Assembly: GCF_000709555.1 (NCBI RefSeq)
Contig: NZ_CP006873.1
Location: forward strand, 180,001-212,000
Direction of reading: 5' to 3'
DNA from: Candidatus Saccharimonadota bacterium
GTDB lineage: Bacteria > Bacteroidota > Bacteroidia > Flavobacteriales > Blattabacteriaceae
DNA length: 32,000 nt
Shown: positions 16,699 to 24,395 of the stretch, piece after piece
Position numbering within the stretch: position 1 is the stretch's first letter
Layout: every line of letters starts with the position of its first letter
The notes under the pieces: generated by a model
The model's database searches: none
Told to the model about the DNA's origin: nothing
What the model saw: only the letters and a program-made list of their open reading frames with translations
Made by a program: the position numbers and the translations under genes

Positions 16699-16773
16699 GG
16701 TGGATGTAGCTCAGTTGGTTAGAGCATTAGATTGTGGTTCTAAGGGTCGCGGGTTCGATACCCGTCGTCCACC
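16699..16773 (+). tRNA. tRNA-His (anticodon GUG) with genomically encoded G-1
   Basis: G(-1) GTGGATG TA GCTC AGTTGGTTA GAGC A TTAGA TTGTGGT TCTAA GGGTC GCGGG TTCGATA CCCGT CGTCCAC C. G-1 opposite discriminator C73 is the bacterial tRNA-His hallmark. Confidence 0.9.
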
Positions 16774-16797
16774 CTACATCATGTTTTTAACGTTAAT

Positions 16798-17332
16798 TTA
16801 TGATACGGCGAGAGCAAAAGCTTCCTTCAGATTTTCTTCATCTCCAAAAGGTACTCCTACAACAGTAGCCACAAGAGCATGATTTAGTAGATACATAGCT
16901 AAGTCATCAGAATTATAAATTCTTACCCCAGAAAAAGTTTTTAGGAAGGGAATATTAGATATTTCTTCCTCTCCCTCCGTTTTTTAAACGTCTTAACTAA
17001 TTTTTTGTGCTTGCCCCACCGTCCGTTTTCTGGAAATTCTGCAATGCTAGTGTAAGTATCTAAATAATTAATATGTTCATATATTTCATCAGGGCGAAAA
17101 CCTCAGAAAGAGACTTTAATTCTATACGAGAATATATACTTCCTGAACATGGTGATCGGGGTAAAATCAGTTTGTAAAGTTGTGTCTAGCCTCACATAAA
17201 CTAGCCATTTCATAATAGCTAACCAGCGATTGTTTTCCTCCAGTAGATATTACTATCTTAGATGGCTTTTTTCGCTGCTACAGGAGGAGAAAAATTAGGT
17301 ACGCTCAATCTATTGGAAATCCTTTCCGTCAT
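16798..17332 (-). pseudogene. class-I (aspartate/aromatic-type) PLP aminotransferase pseudogene, heavily deleted and frameshifted
   Basis: The minus strand from ATG 17332-17330 reads MTERISNRLSVPNFSPPVAAKKAI then a stop. Later fragments lie in other frames (LPKNFFWGKNL, like the SK.F.MTGWR.GY box). The C-terminus reads DDLAMYLLNHALVATVVGVPFGDEENLKEAFALAVS then a stop, like the ..VA.VPG.AFG.... tail. The remnant is about 535 bp against the roughly 1200 bp expected, and no ORF longer than 60 aa survives. Confidence 0.6.
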
Positions 17333-17342
17333 TTAAATATAT

Positions 17343-17966
17343 ATGCATATTTTAGAGAAATATTTTACAGAACTTACCGCTCATCAGTATGAGCAGTTTT
17401 TTGAAATGAAAACTATTTACGAATATTGGAATGCGCGAATGAATTTGATTTCTAGAAAAACAATAGATGATTTTTATCAACAGCATGTGCTTCATTCCCT
17501 TGTAATAGCTAAAATCTCTCCATTTTTACCCGGAGCTAGGATCATGGATGCTGGTACAGGTGGAGGATTTCCAGGAATACCCTTGGCAGTTTTATTTCCT
17601 AAAAGCCAATTTTTATTAGTAGATTCTATTGGAAAAAAAATTAGAACAGTTACAGAAATTTCTAAAGAATTAAATCTTCATAATGTATACACTGAATGTA
17701 CACGTATAGAACAGGGGAAAGAGAATTTTGATTTTATCATTTCTCGTTCTGTTACAAGATTAAGTAAATTAGTTCTTTGGACTTCAGGAAAATTTTTTAA
17801 AACTTCACATCATGCTTTAAAAAATGGTCTTTTGTGCTTGAAAGGTGGAGATATAAGTAGTGAGATTCAAAATTTGCCACAAGCTAGAGAATATGCTATA
17901 AGCAATTATTTTGATGAGTTCTTCTTCAAAAAGAAAAAAATCATTCACCTACCTTTTAGGTTATGA
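17343..17966 (+). CDS. rsmG: 16S rRNA (guanine527-N7)-methyltransferase RsmG (GidB)
   Basis: WNARMNLISRKTIDDFYQQHVLHSL, and the SAM motif IMDAGTGGGFPGIPLAVLFP..QF.LVDSIGKKI. Confidence 0.9.
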   Translation: MHILEKYFTELTAHQYEQFFEMKTIYEYWNARMNLISRKTIDDFYQQHVLHSLVIAKISPFLPGARIMDAGTGGGFPGIPLAVLFPKSQFLLVDSIGKKIRTVTEISKELNLHNVYTECTRIEQGKENFDFIISRSVTRLSKLVLWTSGKFFKTSHHALKNGLLCLKGGDISSEIQNLPQAREYAISNYFDEFFFKKKKIIHLPFRL

Positions 17967-18011
17967 CGAATAAACAATATAATATATTTATCTTTATAAC
18001 GTCTTTTACTT

Positions 18012-19955
18012 ATGAAACATAATATAAACGATAATAATTACACTGCTGATAATATTCAGTCGTTAGAGGATATTGATCATGTCCGTCTAAGACCTTCTAT
18101 GTATATAGGAAATATAGGACTAAGAGGTATTCAGAATCTGATTAATGAGGTTATAGACAATTCTGTAGATGAGGCTATGGTAGGATATTGCGATAAAATT
18201 TGGGTAACAATACATGATGATAATTCCATAAGTGTCCTTGATAATGGTAGAGGGATTCCGATAGATCTTCATAAAAAAGAAGGAAAATCGGCACTAGAGG
18301 TGGTCATGACAAAGATAGGGGCAGGAGGGAAATTTCATCAGGATTCATATAAAGTATCTGGAGGTTTGCACGGTGTTGGAATTTCTTGCGTTAATGCCCT
18401 TTCTAGCTATTTAATTGCTTTCGTGTATAAAGAAGGAAAAATTTATTATCAAAAATATATCCGTGGAAAAGCTTTGGAAGAAGTAAAAATCATCGGAAAA
18501 TCTAACCACCGTGGGACTAAAGTCCAATTTCATCCTGATGAAAATATATTCCAAATCATCGAATATGACTCTAATATTTTGGCTAATCGCTTGAGAGAGC
18601 TATCGTTCCTTAATAGAGGACTTTCAATTTTTTTAATTGATGAAAGGACTATTTCTGATAGTGGATTTCCAAAAAAAGAAACTTTTTTTTCGGAAATTGG
18701 GCTAAAAGAATTCATCCTATTTATAGAAGCAAATAAAGAGCCTTTAATACAAGAAGTAATATATATAGAAGGAGAACTGGAAAATCTTACAGTTAAGGTA
18801 GCCATGCGTTATAATATCTCATTTAATGAAGATATTCGTTCTTATGCAAACAATATTAATACCAAAGAAGGAGGTACGCACTTGTCTGGATTTCGAAGGG
18901 CTCTTACTCGTACGCTCAAAAAATACGTAGATGAATTAAACTTTCTTTCCAAAGAAAGAATAGAGATTACTGGTGATGATTTACGAGAAGGATTAACGGC
19001 GGTAATTTCAGTCAAAGTTCTGGATCCACAGTTCGAAGGGCAAACAAAAACTAAACTAGGAAATCACGAAGTAAGCGGGGTCGTAGATAGAATTGTTGGA
19101 GAAATGCTCTCTGATTATTTAGAAAGACATCCCATTGAAGCTAGAAAAATTCTTGAAAAAGCGTTATTATCAGCAAGGTCACGACAAGCCTCAAAACGTG
19201 CCCGTGAGCTTATACATAGAAAAAAACCAATTATTATAAATGAATTATCTGGAAAATTAGCAGACTGTTCATCAAATGATCCTGCCTCTTGTGAGATTTA
19301 TATAGTAGAAGGTGATTCAGCAGGGGGAACAGCTAAACAAGGACGAGATAGAGAATTTCAAGCTATATTACCCTTGCGTGGTAAAATTTTGAATGTAGAG
19401 AAGTCTGTTCAGTATAGAGTGTTCGGAAATGAAGAAATAAGAAACATATTTACGGCTTTGGGGGTCTCTATAGAGAATGAGGAAAAGCTACCATCGTTAA
19501 ACATTGACAATCTTCGCTATCATAAGATTATTATTATGACTGATGCTGATATTGATGGAAGTCACATCTCTACCCTAATATTAACTTTCTTTTTTCGATA
19601 TATGAAAAGTCTTATAGAAAATGGATATATTTATATTGCTACCCCACCTCTTTTTTTAATAAAAAAGGGGAACAAACACGCCTATGCCTGGAACGAGAAA
19701 GAGCGTGAAAAAATTATAGAAGATTTAGGTGGTATGAAAGGAGTAAATATACAACGTTACAAAGGATTAGGTGAAATGAATGCTGACCAATTATGGGATA
19801 CTACAATGAATCCCAAGAAACGGATTCTGAGAAAAGTAACTATAGAGAATTATATTGAGGCTGATAGGATTTTTTCTATACTTATGGGAGATGATGTTTC
19901 TTCTCGCAGGAATTTTATAGAAAAAAATGCTGTGTATGCACATATCGATTACTAA
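18012..19955 (+). CDS. gyrB: DNA gyrase subunit B
   Basis: The 647-aa ORF has YTADNIQSLEDIDHVRLRPSMYIG, a GHKL ATPase region (VIDNSVDEA, DNGRGIP, GGLHGVG), a Toprim domain (CEIYIVEGDSAGG) and IMTDADIDGSHI. Confidence 0.97.
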   Translation: MKHNINDNNYTADNIQSLEDIDHVRLRPSMYIGNIGLRGIQNLINEVIDNSVDEAMVGYCDKIWVTIHDDNSISVLDNGRGIPIDLHKKEGKSALEVVMTKIGAGGKFHQDSYKVSGGLHGVGISCVNALSSYLIAFVYKEGKIYYQKYIRGKALEEVKIIGKSNHRGTKVQFHPDENIFQIIEYDSNILANRLRELSFLNRGLSIFLIDERTISDSGFPKKETFFSEIGLKEFILFIEANKEPLIQEVIYIEGELENLTVKVAMRYNISFNEDIRSYANNINTKEGGTHLSGFRRALTRTLKKYVDELNFLSKERIEITGDDLREGLTAVISVKVLDPQFEGQTKTKLGNHEVSGVVDRIVGEMLSDYLERHPIEARKILEKALLSARSRQASKRARELIHRKKPIIINELSGKLADCSSNDPASCEIYIVEGDSAGGTAKQGRDREFQAILPLRGKILNVEKSVQYRVFGNEEIRNIFTALGVSIENEEKLPSLNIDNLRYHKIIIMTDADIDGSHISTLILTFFFRYMKSLIENGYIYIATPPLFLIKKGNKHAYAWNEKEREKIIEDLGGMKGVNIQRYKGLGEMNADQLWDTTMNPKKRILRKVTIENYIEADRIFSILMGDDVSSRRNFIEKNAVYAHIDY

Positions 19956-19962
19956 TTTCTAA

Positions 19963-20640
19963 ATGTTCTCTAAGGAAGCTTCTTTTTTTGAAGAAGGAAA
20001 GATTTTACTTGTAGATAAACCTTTGGGATGGACCTCATTTGAGGTGGTGAAAAGAATTCGTTGGAAGATCTGCAGATTTGTCAATATTAAAAAAATAAAA
20101 GTAGGACATGCTGGAACTCTCGATACCAAAGCGACTGGACAGGAAAAGCTACTAAGGAAACAGAAAAATTACAAAAATACTCTAAAATTTACAGTGGTAC
20201 CATAAAACTTGGGGCTACTACTCCTTGTTACGATTCTGAAATGTCAGAAGATAAAATATTCCCCTTTGATCATATACAAACACAACAAATTTATGAAACC
20301 GCTAAAAAATTTACTGGAAAAATAATGCAACCAATTTTTTCAGCCCTTCAACAAGAAGGAAAACGTCTTTATAAAATGGCAAGAAAAGGAATTCAGATCG
20401 AAACAACGTTAAGAGAAGTCGAAATTTTTCAACTAGAAATACTTTCTATAAATATTCCCTATATAAATTTTAGGGTCCATTGTGGAAAAGGGACGTATAT
20501 AAGATCATTAGTTCACAATTTTGGAGAGCGGAGCCTATCTCATATCACTTAGACGCGAAAATGGGTATACAATAACCGACGTGGATACTAACAACCTATT
20601 GGCTACATCTCTTTTGGATAATCTAGTAACGTTCTTTTAA
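19963..20640 (+). pseudogene. truB: tRNA pseudouridine(55) synthase TruB pseudogene (at least two frameshifts)
   Basis: ORF 19963..20205 gives [18 protein letters not shown]...[12 protein letters not shown](T)KATG, which includes the catalytic Asp motif region, then loses frame near 20135. The next frame gives [60 protein letters not shown]...VHCGKGTYIRSLVHNFGE (ORF 20241..20552). A further shift near 20535 yields GAYLISLRRENGYTI...FF then a stop at 20638-20640. Confidence 0.8.
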
Positions 20641-21006
20641 ATTGACGATGAATTTGTTTCCTATAGGAAGAAATATATTTTTCTCTTCTAATAACAAAGT
20701 ATTTTTGGAAATCTATTTCTTGAATATCTGTAAGGAGACCTATAAATCCTCTGTTAACTTCATGGGTATCTCTTTAATAGAAGAAGGGATGCAAACCAAT
20801 AAATTCGTTAAGTTTTCACTATTCTTCAACAAATTGGACCCTTATATGGTGGTTCCTTTCTCTTTTCTATGAAGAAAGGCACTCGCAATCCCTCTATTTC
20901 TATAAATAGGATTTCTATATTAGAATAATCAGATGTTTTTCCTGAACTTAATTATCCAATCTCCTTTTAGACCATGCCTACGCAGTCCCAAAAAAACACA
21001 TTTCAT
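20623..21006 (-). pseudogene. rimM: 16S rRNA processing protein RimM pseudogene
   Basis: The minus-strand ATG at 21006-21004 overlaps the rpsP stop (ATGA), the conserved rpsP-rimM arrangement. Translation gives [25 protein letters not shown] then a stop. RimM-like pieces follow, broken by stops and shifts (IYRNRGIASAFLHRKE.., ..EEKNIFLPIGNKFIVN). Confidence 0.7.
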
Positions 21007-21362
21007 ACATGTTTTATTTTAAATTTCACTATTTTTTTTGAAAGCCATTTTTGAAATCTATGTTCAGCCTCAGTATTATCAAAAACCCCTTTACGAACAC
21101 CATCAATAAGATGTTTCTTATACAGAACTCCAGAATTAGATAATATAGAACGAACCGTATTTGTAGGCTGAGCTCCTTTCTGTAACCATGAGATCGATCT
21201 CTCAATACTAAGTTCAATAGTAGAGGGATCCGTTAAAGGATTATAAATCCCTAATTTTTCTATAAATTTCCCATCTCGAGGAGAACGAGAATCGGCTACT
21301 ACTATATGATAAACAGGATTATATTTCCTTCCGTATCGTTGAAGACGAATTTTTGTGGCCAT
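21003..21362 (-). CDS. rpsP: 30S ribosomal protein S16
   Basis: [43 protein letters not shown] is a canonical S16 N-terminus; 119 aa. Confidence 0.95.
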   Translation of the reverse strand: MATKIRLQRYGRKYNPVYHIVVADSRSPRDGKFIEKLGIYNPLTDPSTIELSIERSISWLQKGAQPTNTVRSILSNSGVLYKKHLIDGVRKGVFDNTEAEHRFQKWLSKKIVKFKIKHV

Positions 21363-21414
21363 AAAATATCTCTTTATATTAATTTAAATTTTCATCATAT
21401 ATTTTAGATAATAG

Positions 21415-21485
21415 GGACCCGTGGTGTAATGGTAGCACAGCAGATTTTGGTTCTGTTAGTCGGGGTTCGATACCCTGCGGGTCTA
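21415..21485 (+). tRNA. tRNA-Gln (anticodon UUG)
   Basis: GGACCCG TG GTGT AATGGTA GCAC A GCAGA TTTTGGT TCTGT TAGT CGGGG TTCGATA CCCTG CGGGTCT A. The first acceptor pair is G1-U72; CAA follows. Confidence 0.8.
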
Positions 21486-21514
21486 CAATTCCTCTGTTTC
21501 TAATACCCATTCAG

Positions 21515-21853
21515 TCAGAATGGTAAATCATCAAATTCTTCCTTTGGATCTGATCTAGTTTCATTAATTTTTTCTATTTTCCAGCCCTGTATAGAGTTGA
21601 AATACTTTGCAATTCCTTCAGGATTTATCCATTCTCGACCACGGAGGTTAATGGATATCTTTACTTTATCGTTAGGGTAAATAGAATTAAGTAACTCTGT
21701 TTTCCCTTGAATAAATTCTATCAATAGATGTTGAGGATATTGTTCTTCAGTGGTAAGCACTAACTCTCTTTTTCGAAATCCCTTAGACAAAATTTGAGTC
21801 TTTGATATTTTTTTGACTTTTCCTGAGATTTCCATATTTCCTGATATTTCCAT
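21515..21853 (-). CDS. DUF3127-family small OB-fold-like protein with an SSB-like acidic C-terminal tail (..EEFDDLPF)
   Basis: MEISGK.KKIS...GFRKRELVLTTEEQYPQHLLIEF.QGKTELL......V.ISINLRGREW......KYFNSIQGWKIE matches my recollection of Bacteroidetes DUF3127 proteins. The tail ends DDLPF like the SSB C-terminal peptide. The first 18 bp are tandemly duplicated (MEISGN-MEISGK), so the start could be 21853 or 21835. Confidence 0.7.
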   Translation of the reverse strand: MEISGNMEISGKVKKISKTQILSKGFRKRELVLTTEEQYPQHLLIEFIQGKTELLNSIYPNDKVKISINLRGREWINPEGIAKYFNSIQGWKIEKINETRSDPKEEFDDLPF

Positions 21854-21891
21854 AAATGAGATTTTAGATTTACTAATATATACTATAAATT

Positions 21892-22242
21892 TTATAGAGT
21901 ATCTAATTTCAACCTGGCAGCTTCGCTAAGCATAGAAGGGTTCCATGGAGGGTCAAAGGTTAAATCAATTTCTACATTTCTGACTCCACCAAGATCCTGA
22001 ATTTTTCTTTTTACCTCTACAAGGAGATAATTAGCTACAGGACAGTTAGGAGAAGTAAGTGTCATAATAATTTTTACATCTACCTTATCGATTATTTTAA
22101 TATCATATATTAAACCTAGTTCATAAATATCTATAGGAATTTCATAATCATAGATAGATTGCAATACTGCAATAATACGTTCTTTAGAAATATTGTTTTG
22201 TTCTTCTGACACATCCGAATTATTTATCCAATAAATAAACAT
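21892..22242 (-). CDS. sufT: DUF59/SufT-type Fe-S cluster assembly protein
   Basis: IIAVLQSIYDYEIPIDIYELGLIYDI......V.I.MTLTSPNCPVANYL...V..K.....GV..V.I.LTFDPPWNPSMLSEAARLKL is a typical DUF59 (MIP18/PaaD-like) protein of suf clusters. Confidence 0.8.
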   Translation of the reverse strand: MFIYWINNSDVSEEQNNISKERIIAVLQSIYDYEIPIDIYELGLIYDIKIIDKVDVKIIMTLTSPNCPVANYLLVEVKRKIQDLGGVRNVEIDLTFDPPWNPSMLSEAARLKLDTL

Positions 22243-22261
22243 TTATAGGAAGGGACTCAGT

Positions 22262-23050
22262 AAATTACGAGACTATATTTTTCATAAATTCTGGAATCGC
22301 TTCTACAGTAACCTCATAACGCACTTGCTTTATTTGTTAGGACCCGTGATACTCTCGTAAATAGACGACTTTGAGGTCTTAAATCGCTTAGCTTAGCTTA
22401 GCCTGGGACACCTATAACAGACTGTGTTGAAGAAGATACTTTTCGTTTGATAACGTATTAGATCTTTCTCACTACAGGGCTCTGATTTCGCTCATAAGTT
22501 CTAGAGAAGGAACTAAATAGCGTATAAGTGATGATCTTTTAGAAAAAGAGTACCCATATTTTTTTATATAAGTGGGATTTGTCGTACCTGAACGAAGCAT
22601 ATCTCCAAAGATATTTTTTATTCCAACCTTATTTCCTTGAGAAATTAAACCTCTAAGAGAGATACCACAACAGTACAGTCATCCCGTTATTCAACCTAAA
22701 CGGTCTCTTCAGATTGCGCAATTACAGCTACAGACATCCTAGAGCTTTTTACGGTAGACTATTTTTTAGTTGATATCCCCGGTTCGCATTGTCTAATCAT
22801 TCTCGTAAGCTGTATTGAGAACCAATAAAAAAGTAGTTCGTTTATTTTTTCTTGGGAAAGAATTCTCCACGACCAATATTCTTCGAGATTCATTCTACGT
22901 GGTCCAGGATGGAACCCGTGATGAACCCGTAACAATCTTTATGTAAGATAACATGTAATCCGTTATCAATGGTGTCATAGGTGTATATGAGATCGTATAT
23001 ATTATATCCTTTGAGAGTTGGTGTATTCTTAGAGAATTTTCCTTTAGATG
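22262..23050 (-). pseudogene. sufS: class-II cysteine desulfurase SufS pseudogene (frameshifts, stops, deletions)
   Basis: Minus-strand fragments lie in several frames. They include ..KGKFSKNTPTLKGYNIYDLIYTYD.. (like FPIL...G..LIY.DN), RVHHGFHPGPRRMNLEEY.. (like NVHRG.H.LS..AT..YE), ..INELLFYWFSIQLTRMI.. (like EEIIFT.GTTE.IN.V), MLRSGTTNPTYI (like FEAGTPNI.G.I) and a C-terminal ..VRYEVTVEAIPEFMKNIV piece. The remnant is about 790 bp against the roughly 1220 bp expected. It lies just upstream of sufT on the same strand and has no ORF longer than 60 aa. Confidence 0.6.
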
Positions 23051-23056
23051 AAATAG

Positions 23057-24367
23057 ATGAAATCTTCAAAAAAGAAAATCCGTTTATTCCTTAGCATCGG
23101 TCTCTTTTTTTCTATCGTGTTTCAACCGATTAGAGCACAAAATTACATAAACGGAAATGTTGAAAAAGGCGCTAGTCTTTTTAAGACTAATTGTACTTCT
23201 TGTCATTCTCCCGATCTTACTAAAAAACTTATAGGCCCAGCGCTTTATGGCGTCACTAACAAGAGAAATAGTGAATGGCTTCATAAATGGATCAAGAATA
23301 ATAAAGATTTAATAAAAAGAGGAGATAAAGACGCTATTTCGATCTATAAAGAATATGGGAAGATAGACATGAACCCTTTTCCTCAGCTTTCTGACAAAGA
23401 TATTGATGATATACTTTCTTTTATAAAGAATACTCCTTCGCATCATAAAGAAAAACTTTCTGTAGAAAAAACTTCTGAAATACAACCTCGTGAAACCTTG
23501 ATTAGGCTAGTTATACTAGGGTTTTCTGTATTATCAGTGATTTTACTTTTACTTCTTCTTAGAATATACACGCTTGTTCGCATAATAGATGAAGAGTCCC
23601 ATGATAGAAAGAAAAAAATACCGATCGGTATACTAGAAAAATATCGTTTTATTGGGTATATTTTGATAGGTGTATTCTTTTTATCTTCTATCTTCGTAAT
23701 CTGGGATTTTCTAATGAATATTGACGTGAATAAGGGATATCAGCCCAATCAACCTATTTATTTCTCTCATAAAATTCATTCAAATATTAATCAAATAGAT
23801 TGCCAATATTGTCATTCGAGCGCAAAATATGGAAAAGTATCTGGAATTCCTTCTGCGAATATATGTATGAATTGCCATGTTAGTATCACGGAATATAACG
23901 GAGATTATATTGAAAATGGGAAAGATAAAATTTTTTATACCAAAGAAATACAAAAAATTTATAAAGCTATAGGATGGGATCCTAATACTAGGACCTATTC
24001 TAATGAAACTCACCCTATAAAATGGATACGGATTCATAATATGCCTGATTTTGTCTATTTTGATCATTCTCAGCATGTGGTAGCTGGAGAGGAAACTATT
24101 AAAAAATCTCAGAATGTAGATGTGGTATGTAAAGCCTGTCATGGAGAAGTTCAAGATATGGATAAGGTAAAAATGGTTAACGACTTTACTATGGGGTGGT
24201 GCATTAATTGTCATCGGACTACAGAAGTAAACATGGACAATAAATATTATGTCGAATATTTCAATAAATTACATGAAAAGTTGAAAAAACAATATAATGG
24301 GAAAAACCCTGTAAAAGTGACAGTAGATTCTGTCGGAGGAATAGAATGTGGGAAATGTCACTATTAA
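23057..24367 (+). CDS. actA: alternative complex III subunit ActA: N-terminal class-I cytochrome c domain fused to a membrane-anchored pentahaem domain
   Basis: There are six CxxCH motifs (CTSCH, CQYCH, CMNCH, CKACH, CINCH, CGKCH), a signal peptide and an internal TM helix (LVILGFSVLSVILLLLLL). It is the first gene of an act-type operon. Confidence 0.85.
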   Translation: MKSSKKKIRLFLSIGLFFSIVFQPIRAQNYINGNVEKGASLFKTNCTSCHSPDLTKKLIGPALYGVTNKRNSEWLHKWIKNNKDLIKRGDKDAISIYKEYGKIDMNPFPQLSDKDIDDILSFIKNTPSHHKEKLSVEKTSEIQPRETLIRLVILGFSVLSVILLLLLLRIYTLVRIIDEESHDRKKKIPIGILEKYRFIGYILIGVFFLSSIFVIWDFLMNIDVNKGYQPNQPIYFSHKIHSNINQIDCQYCHSSAKYGKVSGIPSANICMNCHVSITEYNGDYIENGKDKIFYTKEIQKIYKAIGWDPNTRTYSNETHPIKWIRIHNMPDFVYFDHSQHVVAGEETIKKSQNVDVVCKACHGEVQDMDKVKMVNDFTMGWCINCHRTTEVNMDNKYYVEYFNKLHEKLKKQYNGKNPVKVTVDSVGGIECGKCHY

Positions 24368-24395
24368 AGTACTTCAGAAATAAAAAGAACTAGAA

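Noticed and set aside
23780-24214. 144-aa ORF antisense to actA; similar antisense ORFs lie at 23084..23284, 26883..27176, 27569..27787, 29307..29522, 29550..29765 and 30977..31171
   Set aside because: All lie inside well-supported act genes on the other strand or in another frame. Their composition is low-complexity and rich in Ile, Phe, Asn and Tyr, as is typical of AT-rich shadow ORFs.
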